Assembly (NCBI GenBank): GCA_030324005.1
Contig: JARDVH010000001.1
Coordinates: forward strand, 123,492,421 to 123,556,420
Direction of reading: 5' to 3'
DNA: 64,000 nucleotides
Source: Negaprion brevirostris
Lineage: Eukaryota
Every line of letters starts with the position of its first letter. The stretch's first letter is position 1. Below, piece by piece: positions 24,918 through 37,474 of this stretch. A model generated the notes under the pieces. The model was not told the DNA's origin. It saw only the letters and a program-made list of their open reading frames with translations, and made no database searches. The position numbers were made by a program, and so were the translations under genes.

Positions 24918-26270
24918 TACTGATACTTCTGCAGATAATACTTAGAATGATCTCAGTGACATGAGCAGCCACAACGTACTACCCATGAGGAGGTGCAGTC
25001 TAACTCTAGTGTTGGACCTAATTATTTGGCCACCACTAATGTGTGCAGCCAATAAAGAACACAAAGTATTGGCTGCATAGAGCAATCATAGAAATGAACA
25101 GGCAACACAAAAGTTGCTATCCTGCTAACCACTGGGTATAGGTTAATAGGATTCTTGCTCCTATTTCTGGGGATTGTCCAATTTAAATCTAAACCAGGAG
25201 GGATAAATTAAAATATTTCATTAAATCTAATATCATGTACAGGATATGAAATGAGAAGTGAGAAAGAGATATGAAATTAAGAAAAAGATGTTCAGGACAG
25301 AAAATAAATTTTAAAAAAATATATATACAATATATTTTGTAATCTCCAACAATGTTTACATTTTACAGGATGAGACTCGCATGTGCGCCAGTCCAGTTTT
25401 CAGAGCTAGTGAGATTATTTGGCAGTAATTCAGACTTAAAAACGTTTTCACCTGCAAACACTAGCCTTATTTCAAATAAGTAACTCGTGGAAATTATTGT
25501 AACTTTATGCTCTGTATTTTTGTGATGAATATATTAGTGAGATGCTGATGTAACAAATCTTATGGAAAGACAAGACATCAGACATCAACTTTCAGATTTC
25601 TGCTTTTATTTGTGTGGACACCAGATGTTGCTGTCAGATCTGCTCCATAACAATGAGCACTGATAGCCAGACCATTTTCTCACTCTAAAATATTCATGCT
25701 TTCAGAGGATTAGAGTTGAGAATCTAAGCAAACCACTTCAGCATCATTTTTGGGCACCAAGATCATAGATTGTAATTCATATTCTTTTGTTTTTAATACG
25801 CTTTATGATTTTTAATTTTTCACCCATTAGTATAAACATACAACCTTTTGGTGTAACCTGACTGCAGCGTATATACTCTGCAGCAATTGTCCAAGACTAC
25901 TTTGGCAGCACCTTCCAAACCTGCGATCTCCATCAACTAGAAGGATCAGGGCGGCAAGTGCATGGAAACACCATCACCTCTAACGTCCTCTCCAAGTGAA
26001 ACGCCAACCTAACTTGACCATATATTACTGTACCTTTAATACCCCCTAATTTCCTACCAAATGAAATTGTGCAGGTAGCTTCAGGGAACAGGCTGCAGTA
26101 TTTAAGAAAGAGGTCCACCACTACCCGAAGGGCTACTAGGAATGGGCAAAAGTTGACAATCTTGCCAATGACCTCCAAATCCCAAAAGTAAATTTTCAAA
26201 AAAATTATGTATGTTTGTCTATTCTTTAAATAGCTTGTTTTTAACTCATTTTGTACCTCTTTTGTTCTAG

Positions 26271-27405
26271 ACCAGAGACCAGTGAAACCTGCCAGACCAA
26301 CTGTGTGCCTTATTCCTATTCAACCTGTAGAAACTGAAGAACCTTTGATTTCGACAGAAAGTAATTCCAGTCAGGATCAAAGTGTTCAAACAAACACTAA
26401 TGCTGTGGAGCAACCCATACCAAGGCCCAGGTCCTTAGGTAACTTCAAGTTACTTTTTGAAGAACCGCAAAGTAAAACTTCTGAGGGAGAAGATAAAGAA
26501 AGTGGTGTTGTACGTGGGCCAACATTGTGCCAAAAGCGAACAACAGAAGATAAATTTGCCAACCAGGAAACAATGGGAGATAACAGTGGACACAGCTTCC
26601 TTGCCAGGATAAAGGCATTTGAAACACCAACAGATTCTGAAAGTTCCACTGGTAACATACGGCCATCAAAAAGACCAGAAGTTGCTCCACGATCTTTCGG
26701 GCCAAAGCCTGCGGTGGTCTGTGGGAAACCCTCTGTTGCTCCCAAACCTTCTGCAGCTGACAAGAATTCAGGGGGATCTGATAAGGTGACTGAAAAAAAA
26801 CCTGTAGCAGCAGAGAGGCATGGGCCAATCCTCCTTCCAAAACCACACAAGTTGTCTGCAACTGCTAGACCCAAGCCAGAGCCACCCAAGAAACCAAAAT
26901 CCAATACCTCCACGGAGTTGAAACAGAGCAATGGAAATAACAATCCTTTAGATCCTGGGGAAGAAGTATGTCCAGCTACTGCCATGCCTCAGAAAGAAAG
27001 ACTTCCTGATAGAAGGAATCAAGTTCCTGTTCCAGNNNNNNNNNNNNNNNNNNNNNNNNNNNNNNNNNNNNNNNNNNNNNNNNNNNNNNNNNNNNNNNNN
27101 NNNNNNNNNNNNNNNNNNNNNNNNNNNNNNNNNNNCTGTTCCAGCACCAAGGCCTACAGTGGCAAAAAGGACCATTTCTGAAAACCGTGAAGCATCTTTT
27201 ACAGCACTTAAACCTCCTGTTTCTAGACCTTCAGTGTTGCCCATAACAAAGACCTCCGTGATACAGGTTGAAAAATCTTCAACCAACAAACATGCAGCTT
27301 CTCTCGATATGATTTCAAGCTCACAAGATCTGATAAGTTTTGATGATGATGATATTGTACCTGCTATCCCAACAGGAGATAATGTGTCCTCTCTAGTGAC
27401 AGTAG
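26271..27405 (+). CDS. SH3D19: SH3D19 large Pro-rich exon (interrupted by a 100-N gap at 27036-27135)
   Basis: ttttgttctag| ... |gtaatg; covered by ORFs 26282-27181 and 27159-27476. Motifs RIKAFE, GKPSVAPKP, KPEPPKKP, PAPRP and DLISFDDD match recalled human SH3D19. Confidence 0.9.
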
Positions 27406-28931
27406 GTAATGAAATGTTAGCTTGGGTTTTCTCTAGACTGCATTGTATGCACTCCTTGTACAGAAAGAAAAGGTAGCATGTGAGCTCTGAGGATTATTTT
27501 CTCCTCAATTGTTTGCCTCTTTCTTCAAAAGTGGCAGATTATCAATCGTTTCCAGTAGCCTTCGGGTACCTTGTACATTAGGTCATGTGAAGCCAGCCAA
27601 TGAGTACTAGAAAGTTATTGGACCACGGAGAGCATTACAGTGAAGGCCAGTCCTCTCCTCACCCAACTTCAACATCTATACATGTCTGACAAGGTTTATC
27701 CATCAGTTGGCAGTTAGGATCAGGAACTCAAGTCAAATTATTTATTTTGCCTCAACTCCCACCCTCTGTCTAAGAGCTCTTAATGTTAATTGTAACATGC
27801 ATAGTGCTTCCCTAACTATTGCAACACAGACCACCTTTCTGGATTATGTACCTGAACTAATTGTATCTTTAATCTGCTAAACCACTGAACACCAATTTAC
27901 TTTAAAGGAAGATTTTACTGATATCCTGTAAATAACTAGGCTGTATGGCTAGACTATCACACTGTCTTCCACTGCCCTCTGCCATATTTTTCATCTGTAG
28001 TATATATGTTCCCTTTGCCTTGTAAATTCCCTCAAGCAATCAGTCTGTCCTGAAACCTTTGTAATTTCAGTACCCATTGTTCGGAAGTTGGAGAGTTCCA
28101 AGTTAATTCCTTCAAATTTCCCTTCCCTTTTCGCTTAGGATTAACTACCTGGTTTCGACTTGATGCTTTGTTGAGAGGGAAATTGCAGGCATGAAACTAA
28201 GCAAAAGCACTTCATGGAGAACTTTTAAGGAGAATTTTAAACTCTATTATACCCAATTCTATCAATCTCTAAGCATTTATTACAGAAGAGCCTAGAAATT
28301 CCCTTTCTTGACCTGGCCTTCTGATCCTCTTAGCAGCCTGAGAGCTGATGTTGTGTCAACATTTTCTATTCCATTTTGCCAGTGAGCTGCCTGTTAATAT
28401 TTGTAGCATCCCAACCAACAATGGTGATGAGGCCTCAGGTCTAATATACATCTCTAGTCTCACTATTAAAGTGCAAGAATTGTTCATTTATTACACTGAA
28501 CACGGAAATATTTTCTGAGGTTCAAAGGGATATTTTATGAATTGCTTGTGATAGGAAATGCAGTTTGAATTTTGAGACATTAAAACTCATGAACTAATAC
28601 TTTTGTGTGGTTGAGAGTGAGATAATGGAATGAGCAGGATGCAGACTCTGGGCAAAGGAAGACAGGCAGGAAGATTAGATCATTATTTCCATCAGCTCTT
28701 GTTATTCAGTATTTTTATGTTTGCCAATATATTTCATCTCAGGAGCAAGTGTGATAGCTTCTTAATCTGTTGTCTGATTACTGGGGGGGGGATGAAATAT
28801 TCCTGGATCTTAACTACTCCAGTTTTGTTTAGTGTGGCACATGTGAATTGCTTCAGTCTGAACATTATTAAACAAAAGCAGACAGCAACCTGTACTAATC
28901 ACTAAACAATTCCTGATGTAAAACATTCTGA

Positions 28932-29520
28932 TAGATGATCTGGAGGAGGGAACCGAGTGTAAGGTGTCGAAATTTGCGGATGACACCAAGATTGGTGGAT
29001 CGGCAAATTGCGCGGAGGGTGTGGAGAGTCTGCAGAAGGNNNNNNNNNNNNNNNNNNNNNNNNNNNNNNNNNNNNNNNNNNNNNNNNNNNNNNNNNNNNN
29101 NNNNNNNNNNNNNNNNNNNNNNNNNNNNNNNNNNNNNNNCCTTGAATTAGAAGACTGAGGCTGATTTGACCAAAGTTTTTGAGATATCAAGTGGAACAGA
29201 TAGGGCCAATGGAAACTATTCCTATGAGTCTTGGACAAAGGGGCATGGTCTGAAGCTTAGAGCTAATCTGTTCAGGGGTGAAGTTAGGAAATATTTCTAT
29301 TTGCTAAGTGTGGAATTAGCTTGAAACTTTCTTCCTCCCAAAGCAACTGACGTGAGGTGAATTGTTAATTTTAAATCTAAGATTGATGCCTTAATTCTTT
29401 TGATTAATAAAAATGTATGCATGACAAAGACAGGTATTTTGAAGTAGGTCTCAGGTCAGCCATGATCTCACTGAAGGGTGGACCACACTTTAGGGGCTAA
29501 ATGGCCTGATCTGTATCCCT
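28932..29520 (+). mobile_element. CR1 LINE RT fragment, gap, and a more decayed CR1 3' end
   Basis: DDLEEGTECKVSKFADDTKIGG (RT catalytic FADD). The 3' UTR ends ...ggggctaaatggcct. Confidence 0.85.
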
Positions 29521-29560
29521 TTGTTTGTGGGACCCTACTTAAAGCAAGCTGGCTGTTGCA

Positions 29561-29836
29561 TGGTGGTGCAGTGGTTAGCACCGCCATCTCACAATGCTCA
29601 GGTGACTCTCTTTATGGAGTTTGCACGTAGTCTGTGTGGATTCCTCTAGGTGCTCATGTTTCCTCCCACAGTCCAAAGATGTGTGGGTTAGGTTGGCCAT
29701 GCTGAATTGCCCCTTAATGTCAGGGGAATTAGCTGGGTTATTTAGTGGGCTTACAGGAATAGGGCCTGGGTGGGATTGTTGAGGGTGCAGGCTTGATGGG
29801 CCAACTGGCCTCCTTCTGCACTGTAGGGATTCAATG
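29561..29836 (+). mobile_element. HE1-type SINE
   Basis: tggtggtgcagtggttagca head and tggcctccttctgcactgtagggattc CR1-like tail. Confidence 0.8.
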
Positions 29837-30046
29837 CAAGGTTCTATTCCATTTTCTATAATAATATCTGCATTTGCAAAAATAAATCACAGATCGTAAA
29901 GCACTTCAATTCATCACAAGAAAGTGAAGTACACCACACAAATCGTGCATGATCAGTGCTGGGTGATTTAGAAGATGGTGACAGATGAAGGGCATATTCA
30001 GATTCAATATTTAACATTTTCCCTGTACTATTTTCTGTCCTAACAG

Positions 30047-30160
30047 ATCCTTTTCAGACTTTACCTAGAGGTCAGAAGGCACCCACAGATACTACACCAA
30101 ATCGGCCACCTATATTGCGTAAACCAACAGTAATTCGCATACCTAACAAACTAGATAAAG
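30047..30160 (+). CDS. SH3D19: SH3D19 coding exon (DPFQ...RKPTVIRIPNK)
   Basis: ctgtcctaacag| ... |gttagt; 114 nt, phase 1 to 1. RKPTVIRIP is a conserved SH3D19 block. Confidence 0.92.
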
Positions 30161-30478
30161 GTTAGTGCTCTTTGCTCACACATTTGAGGCTTTTTAATGT
30201 TCTCTTCCTTACCATGTTTTTTGTGTGGTAAGTTTAGAATTGCCACCTTTTGTCCAATCCACATTGTGCAACAACAATCAGGAGTTTGTCATTGGAAAGT
30301 GTTGGAACTTGCATCATTTCAGTGGAAAAATGTGATATTGTTAGATATTTTGGATAAGCTGAAATTCAGCAGAATTTCTGTTTGTGTCATTTAAATTTTG
30401 GCTCAACAGATGTGTGCTCTGTAAAGTTAACTTTTCATCGAGTGTATCCTGACTGTGCTTTCTTGTTTCTATCACCAG

Positions 30479-30582
30479 CATCTTCTGAAGACATTGAAAG
30501 TCCACCCCCTCTCCCTGTGGAGACTCCTGTTGGCAATTTACTTGCACAGAGGCCCAGCATTGCGCCCAAGACTGCAGTTGAG
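30479..30582 (+). CDS. SH3D19: SH3D19 coding exon (SSEDIESPPPLPVETPVGN...)
   Basis: tttctatcaccag| ... |gtaaga; 104 nt, phase 1 to 0. Resembles human EDPQSPPPLPAEKPIGN. Confidence 0.9.
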
Positions 30583-31382
30583 GTAAGACTCATATTTCCT
30601 ACATACTTGCTTTCAGAATTTACATGTTTTTATTGTTATAAAAATAATTCATTTTTATGGTTCATTGAAGCAATGATATTTTTTCTATACAGAATGAGAA
30701 GCTGAAAGATGCAGTTTGTACAGTGGATATAGGCTGACCCAGTAATGATGAGCTAGTGACAGTCATTATCGTGATGGAAAATAATTTGTACCTCATTGAC
30801 CCTCTACATAGTTCAAACAAAATATATTAAATAATTAGTTGTAAATGTGCATTAAAATATTGCCTAAATGGATCTGAGAGGGTTTTGCCAGTTTTTACCT
30901 CAAAAGAAATACCTGGAAGAGTTCCGTATCACCAGCTGCTGTACTGCTGCTTTTTCTGACCCACTGCTCATTACACATGAGCCCGGTTAGTGACTGTGAA
31001 CAGTCTGCTCAGGCTTGTATTTCACTCATGTCCCACCCTCGGTTATAAGGAGTCAGTGGTATTGAATACTTTTTTTATCCTTTTCCAACCTGACCATCAG
31101 CCTACCTCCAGTAGGTGTCAATGCATTGCAGATGTTGGTCTAGAAATCTGTGAATTCTCCAATCTCCTCATGTAACTTCAATCGGAGACTGGTAGAATCC
31201 ATGGAGGGCCGCTATAAATGACTAAAACAACCATTTATGCCATTTATCTGGAGTTTCTATAGAACAACCATTGATGATTTTCTAGACTAGTGTCATGATT
31301 GTATATGGATGGTGGAATGACTATAAAAATAAAACCTGCCAACATTTATCATAATCTCATGGGTGAAAGTGCAAGCAATATT

Positions 31383-31578
31383 ATAGAATCATAGAATCCT
31401 ATACTGCAGAAGGAAGCCATTTGGCCCACTGAGTCTGCACTGACCACAATCCCACCCGGCCCTATCCCCGTAGCCCCATGCATTTACACTAGCTAATCCT
31501 CCCGGAACTAGGGTCAATTTAGCATGGCCAATCCATCTAACCTGCACGTCTTTGGGATCTGTGACAGGAAACCCATGC
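31383..31578 (-). mobile_element. HE1-type SINE 3' half
   Basis: (ATAGAATC)n tail and ttagcatggccaatccatctaacctgcac. Confidence 0.75.
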
Positions 31579-33164
31579 TTGTACTGAAAATGACAGTGTT
31601 GACTTGGTAGTGAAGCCTCCTGTAGTCAAATATCCTATCGATGTTCCCACATATAATTGCTCAGACGTAGTCCTGGAGAACCGAAGGGAGACCATAAAGG
31701 TAACCGTAAAGGAGGTGAAAGATAAGGATATGGTTCTTCATGAATACTTTACATTGGCTTTCAGGAAAGAGGCTTATGGAGCAGACATTGAGGCTTATGG
31801 AGAGGAAGGAACTAATAAGGGGGTTAGTATCCTTGAAATAGAGAAATCTTTGGGCCGAGATGCAATATATCCCAGATGGCTAAGAAAAGCAAGGGAAGTA
31901 ACAGCAAAGGCTCTGATCATCATTGTCCAATACTCTGGCTACAGGTTTAGTGCCAGAGCCTGAATTACCTACTTTTGCGTCATAAATTGTCTTTGTTTCT
32001 ATTTGCTCTGACTCAAACACCATTTAAAATTTACTGAAATATTCTGCACATTTCACATTAGGAAACCATTGCCCAGTTGCTGTTTTCTGCTGGCCGCTTT
32101 CAATTTCTTGACTGGCTGCTACTTTTCCACCAACCGATTGCCCATTCCTTCCTCAATGGTATTTCTCCTCCTGTTCAATACCAACCAATACCTTTCATGC
32201 AGTGATTGTATTCTTACTCTGACATGGCTGATGCTACAATAAAAGGAACGAGGGACATCAGTTATGTGAGAGATTAGCAAAGCTAAGTGCTCTCTTTAGA
32301 GCTGAAAGGTTAGGGTAAGATTTAGTAGCCATGTTTTAAAATTGAGGAGTTTTAAAATAGTTATTAAGGAGAAACTGTTTCCATTGGCAAGGAGGCCAAC
32401 GACCAGAGGACACAGATTTAGTATAATTGACAAAAGAACCAAAAGGTAAATGGGGATAATTTTGTTTTTGAACAGCAGTTTCTCATCTGGAATGAAAGCG
32501 TAGTAGCATATTCAATAATAACTTTCATCAGGGAATTAAATAAATAAATAATGAAAAGGATGCATTTTTCTGGGCTATGGAGAATGAGTCACATTGGATA
32601 ACTCCTCCATCAAAGAGCCGCACAGGCATATGGGCCTCCTGCGCTGTAGGATTCTATGGTTCTATGATAAGCTACTTCACTATTCCAGTTTAAAAATGGG
32701 GATTTTGTAAGTCTACAAAAAGAGCAGGTGAATCATCATCTTAAGACAACCATAACATTGTGCCACTTGAAGATATTGGGAGCAGGTTACTGGAAAATAT
32801 TATACAGAAAAGAGTGGTAGTTTTCAGTGCTAAGCTCCAGAGGCTAAGTGAATGAAGACAAATGGAAGCTTTCTGAGCACAATTTGGCTGCTGAGTTTCC
32901 TTCATTATATAAGTAATGAAGAGTTCTGCAGGGTTTTGGTGAGACCACATCTGGAATATTTATTCAGTTTTTGGTCTCCACATTTTAAGAAAGGATGTAA
33001 CACATTAGGGGTGATACAGTGAAGTTTCAGCAAATTGGTCCCTAGGTTGAGGGGATGGTCCTATGATGAGAGGAGAATTTTTTTGTACTCCAAGAATACA
33101 ACTATACTGTCTCCTATCGTGACCGTATTCTTCTCTTCTCCACTCACCTAAACATAGCGAGTCT

Positions 33165-34360
33165 GCTCATCCACCCTGCAGTCCTCCTCATCCATACAGG
33201 TAGCAAGTACCACCTATTGGACAAAATCTGGGACTGAGGCTCCTCCATCACTACCCCTGTTGGATCGCCTTATGTGCGTGATTTGCTATTACACTCTATT
33301 GTCCCTGACCGGTAATCAACACTGGAGATCTATGTCAGCTAAGGGGTATGACCACTGTAGGAAGAATTTTCTGAAGGATGTTCCCCTTAGGGTGCCCTGT
33401 GTTTGTTGAACCTCATTCAACTAATACATAGACTGCGAAAGACAGCATATATTTAAAGAACGAAAAGGAATTTACTTGCTAATGCGCGCATCAGGAGAGA
33501 GACACAGTCATTGAAGGTTGACTGTGCTCTCTGACCCAATATTGTCCAATAAAATTATTATATTATATTATTAACATTTCAATATCCTGCCTCATCTTGT
33601 CAATCAGACTGGAGGGCCCAATCACAATATTCAACTTTATTATCTTAGCCAACAATATTCGCCTTATCAGCAGGAACAGGAGCTTATTAGCTTATTGCCC
33701 ATGTAGCTTCCTTTACCTAGGAAACCTAACCCACGTCATTACCAGGAACCAAGGCCATAACGAACATCTGTGATTTTTAATTGGTGAAAGAAGTCACTCT
33801 TTTGCTGGAACCCGGGCCTCCTCAATCAGCTTGAGAAACTGCTCTAGCCTCGCTACCCATGAACAAATTGACTCTTATATCAAGCCTGCGATTAAACTTG
33901 CCTTTTGCATATCCAAAAACAGATAACAGAAGCTGCCTTTCTGTGCTCCATTGTATTAACAGAATTTGGCCTGTCTACTACTTTGTTTCCCATTGTGCTG
34001 CATTCAGAACAAAGTTGGCCAAGGTGCACAATACAGGGTTGAAAATACAGTTGCATATATTGTTCCAGGCACATTGTGAATTCTTACTATATATGAGGCA
34101 CTCTATAATTACCTTACCTAGCCTACTTATTAAGGTAAAACTAAAATGAAGGGCCTGATACTAGAATTCTGTACTACCCTCCTGCCAATCAACCACCTTC
34201 TGTTACAAAGTTTCCAGGTACTTTCCCCTCCCTGATGCTGAAGCTGCTTAAGCCACATACCTCATATACTCACAGGGGATGTCCTTAACCCTGGCACCAG
34301 GCAGACAACATTGGTGTCCGGGAGCTCCCAGAATCTGCAGTTGCAACACAACACTTGCGC
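33165..34360 (-). mobile_element. Old CR1 ORF1-region fragment interrupted by the solo LTR
   Basis: Sequence either side of 33356-34191 (ggggtatgaccac / cttctgttacaaagtttccagg...ccctccctgatg) reads as one continuous repeat. Family assignment is from recall. Confidence 0.55.
33356..34191 (-). mobile_element. Solo LTR (836 bp) of an LTR retroelement/ERV
   Basis: TG...CA termini; 5-bp direct repeat ACCAC at 33351-33355 and 34192-34196. On the minus strand a TATA-like run (about 33555-33570) precedes AGTAAA (33471-33476). Confidence 0.78.
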
Positions 34361-34432
34361 TGCTATCTTTTTATTAAGTGTTAATTTATTAAATTAATTT
34401 CAATGAATAAACCCTACCACTCCCAATAAGCT

Positions 34433-34860
34433 TTTTATTTTAGTTATTTATTTAACCTTTTATTTAGCCAGGTAAGGCAATTGAGAACCAATTCTCATTA
34501 AAGTAATGACCTGACCAAGAGGCTAATGCCATAGCAACATATTTTACACAATATAATTTTTTAAATGCTGAAAACAGTAAAATACAAATTGGCAGTTAAA
34601 GAGAATTGACAGTTTAGCAAATACAGGTATCAGTCAATAGAGCCTTAATCTTTCAGTGCAAGGGAATAAAATTAGTTAGTTTCAGCTTTAGTTGTATCTC
34701 ATGTCAATCATTTGCAGCTGCAAACAGAAATGAATTACAACCAAAGACTTTGCTCACACTTAGAATGATCAATTTGATCAACTCAAATGACCCCAGATTA
34801 TAAGAGACGGTAAAATGTAACAAACTTTTCAAATAGGTAGCTGTTCCCTAGCAAAGATCG
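34433..34860 (-). mobile_element. Rex1/Babar-like LINE 3' fragment
   Basis: (TTTA)n tail then cctttt atttagccaggtaaggcaattgagaacc. Minus-strand peptide FGCNSFLFAAAND*HEIQLKLKLTNFIPL resembles the Rex/Babar RT C-terminus. Confidence 0.65.
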
Positions 34861-35279
34861 ACTCCGACTACAAAACCATACTATGAATAAAATCTTAATT
34901 ATGAATATTTTGTACCAGATTTTAAACTTTAAATGAGCAAAATGAACAACATCCTTACCAACCAACTGCTTACCTAATTTCCTTATTTTCTCCAAATCAC
35001 GGACACTCCACAGACTGGACCCACAAGCTAACTTTTCAGCGCCTGGCTCTGCTGGATGTCTCAGCCACCCTTGTGCATTTTGAAGCCTCCAGGTCCAATC
35101 TTTGCTTGGCTCAGTCCTTAACAGTTGTGTCCAGTATGATTCATCCTTGTTGGTGGTTGGGTGAAAGTGAGATATCAATGCCAGTCCAGGTTTGCAATGC
35201 ATTATGAGCCCTGTTTTAGGCATGCAGGTTCTCCACAGCGAAAGCATCAAGTGTGGCCAGTAGAGATAGTAGCAGATTG

Positions 35280-35760
35280 TTGGGTCAAGTAACTGTTCTC
35301 TCTCTTCATCTCTGACATCATTCTGTCTGTGGTTGCACTTGTTGAGATTGTCCTTGAAATGTTTTGTTGGGCTACCTGTCTGTCTTCAGTCGAGCATTCT
35401 GACAATATACCCTACGTGTCACAGCTGAGTGGGATTACTCAGGCCACTATATCCAGCAAGACTGTGTTTGTTCTTTTGTCCTTCCATTTGATTTGCAAGA
35501 TCCAACTCTGACAGCATTGATCATTTTGTTCTCAGGCCTTGATATGAAATCTCTCAGGTTGTCCAACCTTCCATGCCATAGATTTCTTGGGAGAACCACT
35601 TGAGTTTGGCGTGGGATCTGACACCAGTTTCTTAAAATCCCAATATGTAATTTATCACAGGCTGAGTTAGCACGTTGGATTTGGTGGTATATCTCTTCAT
35701 CAATGTCAACTTTCAGGAATAGCTTTGGTTCCATTCCTATGCATCTGGATGCAATCAGCA
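35280..35760 (-). mobile_element. Degenerate RTE-clade LINE fragment
   Basis: DIDEEIYHQIQRANSACDKL resembles the same RTE motif. Similar decayed pieces possibly at about 2800-3200, 42020-42470 and 52400-52900. Confidence 0.6.
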
Positions 35761-37474
35761 ATTATTTCTCTTTCCTTTTGTATTCATTTATTCTAATTGT
35801 TTATAGGGTGTGAGTGTCACTGGCCAGACCAGCATTTAAGCTGGTTTTATGCTCAACCTTACGCTTGAAAAGATGCTGGTGAATTGCTGCAGAACATCTA
35901 ATGAAGGTACACTCACAGTGATGCTAAGGTGGGAGTTCCAAGATTTTCACTCAGCGACAGTAAAGGAACAGAATTATCACTCTGGTGTGTGACTTGGAGT
36001 GGAATTTGCAGGTGGTGATCCCATGTGACTACCAATTTCTCAATCTAAGTAGCAGAGGTCACAGGTTTAGAAGGAGCTCGAAGGAGGCTTGGCAAGTTGT
36101 TGCAGTGCAACTTGTAAATGGGTACACACTGCAGTCATGTTGTATCAATGTTGAGGGAGTGAATGGTTAAGGTGGTGGATCAGGTACTGATCAAGCACTA
36201 GTTTGACTTGAATGTTACTAAGCTTCTTGAGTCTTGAATGGGCTGCACTCATCTCGACAAATTGAGGCTGTTGCAGCACACTATTGATTTGTGCCTTGTG
36301 GATGGAGGACAAGCTTTGGGGAGCCAAGGCAAGTTACTTGCTGTAGAATTCCTGCCCTTGTAGTCATGTTAGTTGGCTGGTCCAATTGGGTTGCTGGTCA
36401 GGTTGTTGACGGTGGGATATTCAGTTATAGTAATGCCATTTAACATCAAGGAGAGATAGTCAGATTCTCTCTTGTTGGAAATAGTCATTGCCAACAATTG
36501 TCCTTTTATCATCACAGGCCTGAATGTTGTCCAGGTCTTGTTAGATGTGGGCACGAACAGATTGACATCCTATGGTATGAGGCAGCTTCATGGGCAGCTT
36601 CAATCTGCTTTTGTCGAGCAAGTTTAAAAACCATAGAACCCTACAGTGCAGAAAGAGGCNNNNNNNNNNNNNNNNNNNNNNNNNNNNNNNNNNNNNNNNN
36701 NNNNNNNNNNNNNNNNNNNNNNNNNNNNNNNNNNNNNNNNNNNNNNNNNNNNNNNNNNNGAAATGTCAGCTCTTTTCTCTCCTTACAGATGCTGCCAGAC
36801 CTGCTGAGATTTTCCAGCATTTTCTCTTTTGGTTTGAGAGTCAACCACATTTGCTGTGGCGCTGGAGTCACATGTAGGGCAGACCGGGTAATGACAACAG
36901 ATTTCCTTCCCTAAAGGGCATTACTGAATCAGATGGGTTTTTCTGACAATCAACAATGGTTATCAGTAGATTCTTAATTCCAAATTTTGTTTTTATTGAA
37001 TTCAAATTCTAGCATCTACTGTGGTGGGATTTGAACTCGAATCCCTAGGACATTAGTTGAGTTCCTGTATTAATGTCCAGCGATAACACCACTAAGCTGT
37101 CGCCTTCCCAAGACAGGAAATCTCCAGGAATACACCCAAGTAGAGTTGGCAACCCTCCCAGTTATTTAATGATAATCTTTAACTATTTATGGTTCCTAAG
37201 TTACTATTCCTATGCGGGTTGCTGTTCGTCATGCAATCTGGCTGTTTACTTACAGAGTTCAGTTCTGGGCTGTTTCCCCAGAGTCTCTTACCCTGTGACT
37301 CTGTGCATCATACTATCGGCACTGCTATTTTCCAGTGCCTTATTCTGCCAAGCACCTTTGCTTTAAATGCATTCAGGCACCTAACACAACACCCCCCTTT
37401 CTTCTCTTAAACAAAACTATAAAGCAAATAGTTTGGTGGTACGGAAGTTGATGTTTTGTGGGGAAAAAAATGTG

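Noticed and set aside
26386-26985. 199-aa antisense ORF
   Set aside because: It is the shadow of the Pro/Lys-rich SH3D19 exon on the opposite strand and has no independent features.
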